Source: Rhizaria sp. SCN 62-66 (taxonomy: Eukaryota). Taken from it: 64,000 nt of DNA. Of the stretch, positions 34,115 through 46,968 are shown piece by piece (the stretch's first letter is position 1; each line of letters starts with the position of its first letter). Under the pieces are notes generated by a model. It did no database searches, was not told where the DNA came from, and saw only the letters and a list, made by a program, of their open reading frames with translations. The DNA is taken from contig MEDY01000117.1 of assembly GCA_001724265.1 (NCBI GenBank), forward strand, positions 1 to 64,000. The letters run 5' to 3'. The position numbers and the translations under genes are program-made.

Positions 34115-36491
34115 TCAGAGGTCCAGGGAGAGCGAGTCCGGCAGCGTGGGCGTGTTGGACGAGCTGTTGGGCCGCGGCGCGAGCTTGAGCTGGATGCGGC
34201 CGGCGCTGTGGCCCGCCGCACTGCTGCCCGCCGCGGCGCCGTGGCCGTGGCCATGGTGGCCGTGGGCTGCCTCGAGCCCGATGCTGCCCGACGACGCCGG
34301 GCGGGTCGAGACGGAGCCGCCGGAGCCCGAGGCCGAGGTAGGCAGCGGACTGCGGCCCGAGGCGGAGCCCACGTTGACGTTGACGCCGACGCCGACGCCG
34401 CGCACAGAAAGCCCGCTCGCGGCCGCTGCGGAGGCCGAGGCGGACGGACTGGTCGCAGGACCGTTGCCGGTGGCGTTCTTGGTGCTGGCGAGGCGGAAGC
34501 GCGCGCCCGCGGCGGAGCCGGTCGGAGAGCCCAGCATCGAGCCGCTGGAGCTGGACGCCACCGACGACGCAGACACGCCGCGCACCATCGCCGGCGCCGC
34601 GGCCGCAGCGTTGGCATGGGCGTTGCCGGCGGCGGTGACGGGGCTGACTGCGCTCGTGTCGAGCGCGAGGTCGAGCTCGTGCTGCATCTGGTGCTGCATG
34701 TGCAGCTGCTGCTGCTGGTGCTGCTGGCTGCGGCCGTGCTTGGCGCGCGTCGGCGACGGAATGCGCAGGTCGAGCCCGCCGTCGGAGTCGCTGGCGTCCT
34801 CGCCCGCGCCGCCGCCGCCGCCGCCGCCACCGCCGCCCAGCCCATGGCCGGGTCCAGCGTTGCGCGCGGCCGCGTTGGACGGGAAGGCGCCGCTGTGGGG
34901 CCGCGAGAGCGAGCCGTGGGCCGGCGTGACGTCGCTGACGTCGCCGCAGACGCCCACGCTGAGCCCGTTGCCGTTGCCAGCGCCGGAGAGAGTCAGCGAA
35001 CGCATGACACGCGTGCCGCCCACAGTGACCCCAGCGCCACACGCGCTCGCGGCGGCCTGTGCGGCGGTAGCGGAGGCGAGGGCCGCGGCTGGCACCCAGG
35101 GCGAGGCCCCGGCCAGCGGCGTCGCCGTCGCGGTGCCCGGCACCGTCACCGAGGGCCGCGACGAGGCGTGGAACAGCGTCCGCGGCCCCAGCGTCGGCGT
35201 CGCACTCGTGCTGCTAGTCCCGCAGCCGTTCCCACCGGCGGAGTAGCCGTTGGCGGCCGCAGCGGCGCACACGGCGGCGGTGGTCGTGGCGTCAGCGAAC
35301 AGAGCAGCGGCGGCGGGCGCGACGGGGCAGGGCGAGAAGACGGCCGTGGACGTGCCCAACGACTCGGCGGGCAGCGGGTTGATGATGGCCAGCTCGGGCG
35401 CGTACGTCGCGGCGTTGAACTCGGCGTGTAGGTCGACGAACACGCCCGCGGCCTCGAAGTCCTGGAGCTGGCGCACAAACGACAGGTTGGGCTGCGCGAT
35501 GGCGCGGCGCGACTGGACCAGGTCCAGCGCAGTCTTGATCGACACGCCCTGCACGGCCGCAATGTACGCCACGACGATGGTCGCGGACCGGGAGCGCCCG
35601 GCCGCGCAGTGGACCAGCGCCGCGCCGCCGCGCTGCAGACTGCCACCGCCGGCGCCGTGACCGCTGCCCGCGGGGCCGATGGAGAAGGACGAACACAGCG
35701 ACGGCGCGGGCAGCGCGGCGCTGCCGGCCGTGGACGGGCGCTCGCCCGCGCCGACGACAGTGAGGTTGGTGATAGTGTTGTTGCTTGCGGGCGAGAGCAT
35801 GCCGCGGCCCTGAGCAGCGGCAGCAGCAGAGGCGGAGGTAGCGCCGTTCTGACCGAGGCCAGAGTCAAAGGGGCGGGAGACGAGCGAGACCTCGGATACC
35901 GCGGCGGCGGCCGAGCTGGGGCGCGAGTCAGGCTCCCCCGCCGTGACCACCCGGGAGCCGTCCGCGGCCGCGAGGCCCGCGAGCGCCGCCGAGCCGACCG
36001 AGGCGGCCGAGTGAGCGTGTGGCAGCCTTCCGTGGCCGTGGCCGGCGCTGTTGCCCACATTCACGGTGAGCGTGCTCGCAGCGGCGGGGTTCAGGTCGGT
36101 GTTGGGCGTGGCCGTGGCGCTCGCACTGGAGCCCGACGACGGCGCCGGCGACACCGCCGCAGCAGCGGCCACGGCGGCGGCAGCAGCGGCGGCAGCGGCA
36201 CTGGACGGGTAGGCGGGCGTCATGCGTGTGTAGTGAATCAGGCGCAGACAGTGCAGAACTTCCTCCAGCAGCACTTTCTGCCCCGTCGAGTCGTCCCAGT
36301 TAAGGCAGACGTACGACACGCCCTGGTCCTCAAGGAACTTGACGTGCGCTGAGTACTGCGGCGTCACGTGCAGCCCCTGCGCGCAGTTGATCACGCACCG
36401 CACGCGCTGCTGCGTCAGCAGCTGGTGGTGCTGTGCCGACTTGAACCCGCCCAGCAGCAGTCCGCCGGGCACCACGGTCACCTGGCCCGTT

Positions 36492-36524
<33 letters not shown>

Positions 36525-39500
36525 GCCGTGGCGGCCACGGAGCCCGGCCCCGGCTGCGGCAGCGGCGTGGCGGTGCCGTCAGCGGCCACGACCACCGATC
36601 CTGAGCCCGGGCGTGTGCCGCGGCCGGCGCCGCCCGAACCGGAGCCGGAGCCGGTGCCGGAGGACGAGGACGAGGACGAGACCGAGGTGATGGACACGCC
36701 CGTCGATGGCCGTGTAGAGGGAAAGAACGCCGGCGGCGGCGACCCGTGTGCAGAGCTCGAGCCCGCGGCGTCGCCGTCGCCCATGCTGTTGCCCCCCGCA
36801 GCCGCGGCAGCAGCGGCGGCGGCGACAGCGGCGGCGGAGGACGCGGCCGAGGCGAGCAGCGCGGCGTTGGCCATGTTAAGCGAGGCGCGGCGCGCAACGG
36901 AGCTGCTCAATGACGCCGACATCTCGCGCAGCTGCGACGTCGCGGACGCCGCGCCGGTCGTCGGCGGCACCGGCGACCCGCCGTTCTGACCACCGGTGGC
37001 GTGATGTGGGCCCGGGCCCGGTGTAGTGGAGTGTGCGGCGTAGCGCGCGGCGGGCGGCGGCGAGGCTGAGGGCGAGGTGAAGCCGGACCCGCCGTTGCCG
37101 CGGACGGCAGCACGGGAGACCGACAGTCCCGGCCCCATGTTGAGGCTGGGGCCTGGACCAGGGGAGCCGATTAGCTGAGGGGCGCCGTAAAAGTCGTTTT
37201 GCGGCGATGGCGGAGACGTGTCGGGCATCAGCAGCATGTACGGGGGGCCGTGGCCGTGCAGGCCGGAGCCAGCGCCGCCGCTGATGCTGTAGCTGATGCC
37301 GTAGCCCGGGCTGCGGTACTGCGCCCCGGGCCCAGAGCCTGCGCCGGCGCCGGCGGCGGCCCCGCCCGCGGCGGTGAGGTTGTTCGCAGTGGTGCTGGAG
37401 AGCAGCGAGGCGTTGGTCTCGTCGCAGTCGATGAGCGAGGACACGGCGACCTCGACGTCGACGTCGCCCGGCAGCGCCTCCGAGGGGCCCGGGCCGCTGG
37501 CCAGCGCGCTGGTGAACGCGGGCAGCCCGCCCGCCGAGGCCGCAGCGGCGCCGGCAATGGTGCCGGCGGCCGGGAGCGCGCCGCCGCTGGCCGAGGCGCC
37601 GCCCGCGCCCGCGCCAGTGGAGGCGACGGCGCTGTGGCTGGGCGCAGTCAGCGCCGTGCTGCCGGGGTGACCGTGGGCGGCGGAGTGACCGTGGGCGGCG
37701 AGCGGGTCGACGGCCCCGGCGGCGAAGGAGCCCAGGTCCCTGGGCAGGAGCGGCGGTGACGGCGAAGGCGCAAGCGAGATGTTGGAGAGGCTGCTGCGGC
37801 GGTGGCCGGCGCGCGAGTAGTTGCTCGACACGGACCGCCGCGACGGGGCCGGGGAGGTCGACACGCCCGGCTGCAGCTGGTCCGCGGACACATTGTTGTT
37901 GGTGGTGGCTGTGGCAGGGTCTGGCACATGAGGGCTAGGACTGCCCACGGTCCCCAGTAAGCTCACGCGGTCGGCGTTGTCGAGGCCGGCGCCGGAGAGC
38001 ATGGGGGCCGAGACAGAGGCGCACATCGGGGGACCGAAAAAACCCGACCGACCCCTGCCCGCGCCCCCGCCGCCGGCGCCGAAGCCGCCGCCGCCTGCGG
38101 ACGGGGTGGGAGGCACCGGTCCGCTGCCGCTGGCGGCCACGTCGCCGGGGGTGGCGCCGAAGTGGAAGCCACCGGGGCCCTTACCGCGGGTCGACGGCGG
38201 CGGCCTCGGCGCGCCCCGCCCCCCGCCGCCGCCGCCATTGGCGCGGGCGCCGGCGCCGGGGCGGAAAGAGGCGGCATGGCGCATGTGAGACGGGGAGCCG
38301 ATAGTGTCGGTCTCGTCTTCGTCCTCGGGGCCGCCGCACATGTCGTCGTCGTCATCGTCGTCGCCGTTGTCGTCGTCAATGTCGTTGTCGTCGCCTGAGG
38401 TGTGGAGCATATCCCCGTCGTCTCCGTCGTCGTCCGCGTCTCCGTCCATCAGCGACGCGAACTTGCTGCTGCCCGGGCCCGTTGCGCCCCCGCCGGCGCC
38501 GCCGCCGTTGGAGCCACTGGAGCCGCTGGAGCCGCCGCGGGGCCGGCCTATGTTGCCGGCGTCCAGGGACAGCCCGGCGGCGGCGGCCAAGGAGGCGGAG
38601 ACGCCACGCGCGCCGAGTAGGCGCGGGTCGATCTGCATGGGGAACGTGTCATCGTCGTCGTCGTCGTCGTCCCCCGCGCCCACACCGGTGTGGCGGGCGC
38701 GGCGGGAGCCATAGGCCGAGGCCGACGCGGCGGTAGCGGCGGCGGCGGCGGCAGCGTGTGAGGCCGCGGCGGCGGCGGAGGGCCCGTAGGGGTTCAGCAG
38801 CAGCGACGGCCGCGGGGGCAGCCCCGCGAGCACGGCCGCGGCGGCGTCGGAGGCGGCCGAGGCGGAGGCCGTGGCCATGACGCTGCGGCGCGCGCCACCC
38901 TGGACGACCGAGTCATCCTGCGCGGGGCCCGTGGCCGAGGCGACGACGGACTGCACGGCCGCGGCAGGGAAGCCCGGCTCACCCGGGAACAGGATCGACG
39001 AGGGCAGCTGCGGGTACGCGTGCTGCAGCGCGCGCAGCATGGCGTTGCGCGCCGTGGGGCGGCAGGCGGCGAAGCGGGTGTACTCGGTGACGCGGAAACG
39101 TTCGCTCGTGTCGAGGTCGCGCTTCCGGCTGTGCGCCTTGAACGTGGGGCGCAGAGTCTACGCGAAAAAAGAGTGCAGGGGGCAAATACAAAGTAAAATA
39201 CAACGGGATGTGGAAACGGTATTGTTGTGAGTGGCGACGACAGGTAGATATCCCGGTTTGCAGGAATGAGAGGAGCGAAACGGCGGGCGCGTGCGGGGAG
39301 GGAACGTACCTCGCCAGTGAACTCAACGACGCGCAACACAGGGTCTTTCTCGTTGCGGAGCATCTCGGCCGAGAGCTCTTGCAGGCGCACGCGGAGCTCT
39401 TCGACGGTGGCCACGTGGAGGCGCGGGTCGGGGTCCTGCTGCGCGAGCCGGAGCGCGGACTGCTCGTCATCGGCGGGCGTCCAGGCGTCTGCGTTCGGGA

Positions 39501-39818
39501 CGGCGGCGGGGCGGGAAAACAAAACAAAACGGGATGAGACAGGGCGTGAAAGGTGCAAGTTAAGGGGAGGCACGCGCAAACGTGGTGTCGAACGGAGTGA
39601 TAAAGGAACGGACCGTTTGAAGTGAGGAGAGTGTTGATGGTCATGCCCTTCATCTTTTCGAACAGGGACGAGGTGGGGGCGTCGGCTTGAGGGGCGCGCT
39701 CCGTGACCGACGGAGGTCGCACAATGCTGGAAGGGGAGTCAAGGTTGGTCGACAAACCCAGAGGTGCGAGCAGGGAGGGCCCACCTCGCGCCTCTGGGCG
39801 GACAGAGTCGTGTTGCAT
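34115..39818 (-). CDS. Large dual-specificity protein phosphatase; exons 39818-39614, 39488-39310, 39157-34115
   Basis: GLLLGG...VINCA...NWDD and catalytic VHCAAGRSRSATIVVAY...PNLSFVRQL. The two phase-consistent introns (GTCCGT...CAG and GTACGT...TAG) extend ORF 34115..39040 to an ATG at 39816-39818. Stop is TGA. The 5' exons are less certain than the catalytic exon. Confidence 0.85.
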
Positions 39819-40070
39819 TGTTCGCGTGCTTGCAAACAACAAATCCTCTGCCAAGGCCGTTAGTGATCGATAGCTTCCCAAGAACGCGAGTTCTAGACAC
39901 AATTTAAAAAGGCAAGAAAGAAACGTGAGTGGAAAAATTAATTTCCAAATTAGCGCTCGAAATATCGCCGCCGACCGTCTCTTGAGACCAAATTGTGTCC
40001 CCCACCCGTTCACAGGCCAATGTGATCCGTGTGGCTCGCGCCGTAGGACTGGTGGACTTTGACCAGCCGA

Positions 40071-40087
40071 TTGGTTGGTGGTGGCAG
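40071..40087 (-). promoter_or_regulatory. Candidate upstream element (copy 1 of a 17-mer; overlaps a CCAAT on the minus strand)
   Basis: TTGGTTGGTGGTGGCAG on the + strand is identical to 42528-42544. It lies about 250 bp upstream of the phosphatase ATG. Confidence 0.4.
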
Positions 40088-40478
40088 ACTACTCGGGCTT
40101 CAAGGTTTTGATAACTGTAGAATAGTAAGTTGTTATTTAAGGATATCAGACCTGGAAAATAGTATTTTAAGCTTGTATTTTATATAAACAGCGATATTAT
40201 TGTTCGTGTCCAGTGTCTTGGATGCGTACTGCTCCGAAACTGCGCTCCGCTCAACTCGGTTCCACGCCGATCTCTCTCGCTCGCGCTCAGGCGCTCACTG
40301 CGTTCATTTCAACTTCACAGCAGCTCCCCAGTTAGCACTGACACCATCTCATGGCCCTCTATGCATTATATTCATATTTAGGCGTGCTCTCAAGAGAAGA
40401 AGAAGACACGCGACGGTGACAGCGAGAGTAGAGTTCGTTACATCACTCAACGATGACTAATAAAGCTCGACTCATCAC

Positions 40479-42439
40479 TCAAAACTCCTCCTGGTCCTCG
40501 ACGTCATCGCCCCTGTGTTGCTGCTGCGCTTCATCGTGCACTTCGTCCTCGTGGTAATAGTTCTCCTCCTCATCGACCACGTGTCCGGTGCCATCGCCGT
40601 CGCCGAGCTCGGCCGCGTGCTGGTCGATGGTGCCTGCGCCAACCACGGCCGCCTCGGCCTCGTCCGCGACCTCCTCGCTCTCGGCGCCAACGGCAACACC
40701 ATGCCCGGCCTCGGCCTCAGCCTCGGGTTCGGCCTCAGCCTCGGGTTCGGCCTCAGCCTCAGGTTCGGCCTCATGGGCTGCGGAGGCCTTGGAGTCGTGC
40801 CCACCGGCACTCGCACCTGCGCTGGCGCCTGCGCCAGCATCGGCGGCCGCGGCGGCTGCGGCGGCGTCGGCAAGCGACATCCCGCCCATCTCGTCATCGG
40901 CGTCGCCGCCAAGGTGAGCAGACTCAGCGCTGCCCGCACCGTGGGCGTCCTCAGCGTGTGCGTTGTCGGCGTTCGCGTCTGTGTCGGGGTCCGGGACGTA
41001 GAAGTCGTCACCTTCGTCAGTCTTGTAGAGCAGATGCAGGATCTAGCTTAGGATCGGGTCCGTGCTCCCGGCGGCCTCGGCCTCCTAGGTACGTGTCGGT
41101 CGGAGACAAGCGGCAAGACAACGGTCAGTCGATCGAAGGAGGGGCAGCAGTGAGAATGAGAGGTGAGTTGTTACTGGAATAAAACGTCCTTAATGACATT
41201 TTAGAGAAAATTAGTTACAAAAATATCGACAGTATGCGAGCTTGAATCTATCTTGATGTTCCAAGGCATCCGAATTGACGTGTTTCACTCTTAGTCGTAC
41301 CTGGCAAAGAATCTCGACGTCACGAAGCTTGTCGTAGTACGCCCGCGCCTCGCGCTCCACAACCGGAATCGCGCTCTTGAGCTCCGCCAGTCGGGTCTGC
41401 GCCTTCGCAGCCTCTGTACTGTTCGCAGCAGCGCCAGCCGCGCCAGCGGCGGCGCGGCCGGCAGCAGAGCCGGCGGGGCGGCGTGCGGCGGCGGCGGGCG
41501 AGCCCCCCGCGGCGGCAGCCCCACCCGCGGCGGCGCCCGGGGCGCGTGCGCGTGCGGCGGCGGCAGTGGCGCTGGGGGCGCGGGCAGCGGCAGCGGACCC
41601 CGAGGAGGCAGGCGCGGCGCTGCCAGCGCGGGGAGCACCGGTGCTTGCCCCGGCGGCTGCGGGGAGCGCCTTGACAGTAATCTTGGCGTCCTTGCGGCGC
41701 TGCACGGCGTCGTAGGGGCCCTGGTAGTGCGCGTCGAAGTAGGCCTTGATCCACTGGAGGAACTCGAGGTTGTCCTGGAAGCGCGCCTTGACGAGCTTGG
41801 CGACGTCGATGTGCTTGTTCACGCCCTCAGCAGTGAAGACGGACTGCAGAATCTTGTAATTCGGCAGAAACTCGTGCTCAACTGTACATGTGATGAGTAG
41901 CAAAAGCATATAAAGCGATGTTCGTGATGCATGTGAGCAAGTCAAAGCGGTGTTCGGGGAAAAGGATCTGGGCCGAAGCGAGTCACGAAGGGAGACATTG
42001 CAAGGAGAGGAACGTACGCTTGGCGTTAAAGTTCACTTTGCCGAGAGGGACGCGGCCAGGGAAAACGCTGTCCATAATCTGGCAGTACAAGGCACCTACG
42101 TTATTCGAAAGGGCACAGTGACAAAGTGGGTAAAAGCGTGATGAGCACGCGAATGCATTTTGAGAGAAAACACATACATCTCGCCACAGCCAAAGTTGGT
42201 ACATATTAAACTCGGATATAATATGCAAAACAAGTGGAAAAACTACACAGGCATTGATTCAAAATGAACATATGCATTAATAATTCGCCCGGGATGAAGA
42301 TGTTTGGGGATATCATGTTGCCCCTTCGGGACATAGACGTACCGCTTGCAGCTTGCTCCACGTGGGTGTACCCAAGGTGAAACATTTCGTTGACCCACTC
42401 AAGAAGAGCCTTTTTACCCAAATTCGCGTGCGCAGACAT
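40479..42439 (-). CDS. EB1: Microtubule end-binding protein EB1/MAPRE; exons 42439-42343, 42095-42018, 41881-41301, 41084-40479; in-frame TAG at 41043-41045
   Basis: CH domain LLEWVN...[15 protein letters not shown]...KVNFNAKLEHEF..NYKILQ...[14 protein letters not shown] domain [45 protein letters not shown], and an acidic tail ending EEF. All three introns are GTACG...AG with consistent phases. Stop is TGA. Confidence 0.95.
40709..40772 (-). repeat. 18-nt coding tandem repeat (EAEPEA, about 3 copies) in the EB1 acidic tail
   Basis: ggttcggcctcagcctc is repeated on the + strand. Confidence 0.8.
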
Positions 42440-42527
42440 GTCTGTCGGATTCTCACGACTAGAACTCGTTCGCTATTTGAACCCTCTTCCCTCGACTTCA
42501 CCCAGCCACCTCCAAGCGAGCCGTTGG

Positions 42528-42544
42528 TTGGTTGGTGGTGGCAG
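42528..42544 (-). promoter_or_regulatory. Candidate upstream element (copy 2 of the 17-mer)
   Basis: Identical to 40071-40087. It lies about 90 bp upstream of the EB1 ATG, in the spacer between EB1 and the divergent RRM gene. Confidence 0.4.
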
Positions 42545-43276
42545 GGGTTCGCGAAAATGACCTCTCCTGCCGCCTACGAGCGGACGACGCAAAGCCAAAG
42601 GGGCTGAGAGCGCAGAAAACGGTCGTGCAATTCTCTGCTGCTCAGCGAAAATACCCACAAACAAGGTTTTAGACAGATGTTGGGACTAAATACTTCGTTC
42701 TCTATGCACATCGCTATTCACGATGGATTTGCTTCGCTAGCTTCAATTTTGACATCCCGTTCGCTCTCTTTCGTGCTCAACCCGAACGCCTTAAACGGAC
42801 GCGTCCACTACGTCTATCGGGACTAGTGTGTGCGCGTGAGAACTGCGGACATTTGACTTTGGCAAGGTGCTGCCCTCGCAGTGTTTTATTGCTGCATGTG
42901 ACTTGCCAAACCGACCTTTCTCGTCCCCTAAACCCCCGTCCATCCAACTCACTTCAACATTTCATTCGGCCATTCTCGTGACTCTCCCGCTCTCCACTTG
43001 ATGTTCTTGCTTCTCCCAGCACAGGCGTTCGCCGCGTTGAGGCCCAGCCGCCCCACCGCTAAGCAAAATCTTTTTCTCCGAAGTACCACCCCGGGTCTCA
43101 GTCGCGCACCTCCGCACCGCCGCTCCGCGACCCAGGTCTTCGTTTCGTGTCCCCTAGACAACAACTACACAAAGTAAGAGTATCATAGAGAAAGCGCAAC
43201 ACTCAGCACAACAACAGGTCTTGACAACAAGCACTTGCACCGCCGCTCCTCCACCTTCCTCTCTGCGCTCACACAG

Positions 43277-43348
43277 ATGTACAACAACAATGTCGGCGCC
43301 AACCTCGGCAACGGCGTCAGCAACTTGCCCATGATGTCGTCGATGCAA

Positions 43349-43393
<45 letters not shown>

Positions 43394-45396
43394 CAACATC
43401 AACAATAGCAACTGTCGCAGCCGATGCCGCAGTCGATGCAGATTCCGCAGCAGCACATGCTCAACAACATGTACAATCAAAACTCGCCGCACGCTAACGC
43501 AAATCATAGCAACAACAACAACTCTGCCCTCGCCGCCGCCAACGCCGCCGCGGCCAACGCCGCCGCGGCCGCCGCCGCTGTCGCTAGCCTTACCCTCGGC
43601 GGCCACCACAATCATAACAACGGGCTCGGCCTCAGCCAGAGCCCTGGTCCCGGCAATGGTCCCAACGGCCTCAACACCGGCTTCGCCTACCCCAACTCTG
43701 CTGCCCACGGTCACCACGCGCACGGCCACAGCCACACCCACTCTGGCCTCACCCAGGGACACGGGCTCCCGCACGCCCACAGCCATAACCAGGGCGGCTT
43801 CGGGGCGGATCCGATGGCGCTGGCGAGCATGAACCTCATGGGCTCCTACAACGCCGCCGGCGTCGGCCGCGTGTCTCCCGGCCCCGTCGGCGCACTCTCG
43901 CCCGCCAACGCCAGCGCCGGCGGCGCGGGCGGGCTGGGGGGCAGCACGATCGACCACTACGCGCTCGCGGCTGCGGTCACGGCCGCTAGCGCCAACGCCG
44001 CTGCCGCCAACGCCGGCTTCGGCTACGCCAACGCCAGCTCACTGGCAGCGGCGGCAGCAGCGATGGCAACGGTCACGGCCGCGGCCTCGAGCAACCACAA
44101 CAGCATCATCAGCGGGCCTAGCATCGGCAACAACATCAACGGGCCTCGTGGTGCTGCTAGCGGACGCGGCAACAACAACAGTAATATCGGCAACGTTGGC
44201 CGCTTGTCCCCGGGCCCAATTCCGCAGCCCTCTGGCTCCCAGCAGGCCCTCCAGTCGCCGCAGCTGCAGCAGCAGCAGCAGTCGCAGACTCAGCAGCAGA
44301 TCGATCCCCAGTCCATTTTTGTGCGCAACATGCCGCCCGACGTGAACGAGACCATGATCCGGAACTTTTTCATGTCGGAAGGCCTCCCTGTGCAGAGCGT
44401 TAAGATCCTCACCGAGGACATCAACGGCAAGGACCGCATCAAGGGCGCGTACGTCAAGTTCACCAACGCCGAGGACGCGGTCAGGGCGCTGCGTCTCGAC
44501 GGCACGCCGATGCGGCCATCGGAGTACAACATGAAGATCGTGGCTAAGTACATGATCAACTCTGGCCGCCGCAACAACCCCACGGGCGCGGCGGCCCCCG
44601 GCGGCGGGAACGCCAGCGGCGGTGGCAAGCAGGGCGGCGGCACCGGTCGCCGTAACTCGCCTGGTCCTCACAACGCCGGCCCCAATAACAACAACAGCAG
44701 CAACAACAACAACGGCGACCTCAGCAGCCACTACAGCGGTTCGCCGGGCCCGTACGGCCTCGGCCAGCAGTCCCCCGGTCCCTACACCGGCAGCGTCGGC
44801 CACGGCGTGTCCCCTGGGCCTTACAGCGCCGCCGTCAGCACCGGCTCGCCGGGCCCGCTCGCCGCCGGCGGCGGCGCCGCGGTGTCCAACACGTCCTCGC
44901 TGTCTCCCGGCCCGTCCGGTCAGACTCACGGCCACGGCCACGGCGGGCTCGGGCGCTCGATCACCGCCGCGGCGCCCGCCGCGGCGTCGGGAATGCGACC
45001 GCAGCGCGTGCCGCCAATGCCGCAGATGCAGACGCGCACGCCCTCGCCCGGCCCCCAGGCCGCGGGGGCCTGGAGTGGGGCAAGCGTGCAGCCGCCGCCG
45101 CAGCAGCAGTCGCTGAGCGAGCTGCAGCGCCAGGTCGACTTGTTGCAGCAGCACCAACAGCATCAACAACAGCAGCAGCTGCAGTTACAGCACCAGCTGA
45201 GTCGCGGCAGCGGCAGTGGCGTCGGCAACAACAACGGCGTCACCATGCCGACGCGGCTGGCGTCGTCGCTGTTGATGCCGGAGAACTCTCTCTCTGCGCA
45301 GCAGCAGCAGCAGCAACAGAACGCTCAGCAGCAGTACCAGCAGCAGCAACAGCAGCAGCAACAACAGATGCAGCAGCAGATGCAGCAGCACATGCA

Positions 45397-45433
<37 letters not shown>

Positions 45434-46937
45434 CAACAGCAGCAGCAGCAGCAGCGCAACGCGATGCGTGGCAGCGGCACTGACATCCCGGGCCTCGTGC
45501 AACAAGCACTCACTTCATCAAACTCGCTGAATGCGTCTTCGCTGCCGACGCAGAGCGCGCCGGACTACCCGAACAACAACATGAGCAACCTGCTCCATAT
45601 CAACACCAGCGGCAACAACGGCCTCGGCAACGGCAATCTCAACGACGGCAGCGTCCCTGGTGGCCTGGGCCTCGGCCTCTCGATGGGGCTCGCGATGGGC
45701 GGCGTCACTTCTGGCGGCGGCCTCAACGACTTCTCGACGTTTGACTCGGCACTGGCGAGCCCCACCGCGGCCGCGTCCACGAACGGCCTCAACGGCAAGC
45801 CCGGCAATGGCGGGATGCCGCACCGCAGTTCGCTGTCTTCCACGCTCGCCCTGGGTCACAACAGTCACAACGCCGCACACGGCAGCCACCTGAGTGCGCC
45901 GTACTCGCTCACGGGACCCGGCAGCAACAGCTACGACAGCCGCCTGCACTCGAGCGCCAGCGCCGCCGCGCCGGGCAGCTCCGCGGGCTCTGGCACTGGC
46001 ACGGGCACGGCGGCCTCGTCGGTGCACGCGTCGCCGCTCTCGTCGCCCTCGGCCGTTGCGATGGCGTCCTCTGCCGCCGCCATGGCTGCCGCTGCGGCCG
46101 CCGCCAGCGCTGGGTTCAACAGCGGCCAGCCCGGCGCCACCACGGCGGCCACCGCAGGGCTCACCGTGCTGGAGGACGACAACGAGGGGCGGCTTAACTT
46201 TGATGTCCCTGCCCGGAGTCCCTCGCTGTCGTTCTCGCACAACGCGCACGGCCAGGGCCACTCTGGCGCGCACGGCATGATGGGGCACCATATCGGCCAC
46301 GGCGTCGGCCTTAATGGCTACGGCAGCGGCGCCGGCCTGGGCGGCGCGGGCGTCGCGCCGAGCGACAGCGACGCCAACTGGAACGGGTTTCAGAGCGACT
46401 GGACTGGTAACAACAACAGCAACAACAACAACAGCAGTGCCAATACTAGCACGAGCCACAACAGCTCGACCGCGGGCATCTCGACCAACGTCGCCACGGC
46501 TGCCGCGCTCATCTCCCAGCAGCACGGCGGGCTCGGCGGCTCGACCGCGGCCATGTCCGAGCACGGCGGCGCCGCGCTAAGCTCGATGCACAGCTCCGAG
46601 GCCGACGCGCCGAACCCGGCCCTGCGCGCCGCCGCAGCCGCGCGCCTGTCGGCCACGGGCGTGTCTGGGCTGGGCGCGCTCAACGCCGGCCTGTCGCCGT
46701 CGCCGCCGTCGCCCGCGTCATCGCTGGGCTCAGCCAGCGCGCTGCAGCACCAGCAGCACTTGCAGCAGCAGCAGCAGATGGCCGTCGTCGGGCACAAGGG
46801 CCGGCTGCAGGACCTGCCTTCGGCGCGCAACGCCAGCGGCAACTACGGCGCCACGTTCCAGCAGATGCAGCAGCTGCACCAGCAGCAGCAACAGCAACTT
46901 CAGCAGCAGCAGTTCCAGCAGCAGCAACAGTTCCAAT

Positions 46938-46968
<31 letters not shown>

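Noticed and set aside
45325-45513. Poly-Cys ORF on the minus strand
   Set aside because: It is the antisense reading of the CAG poly-Q tract.
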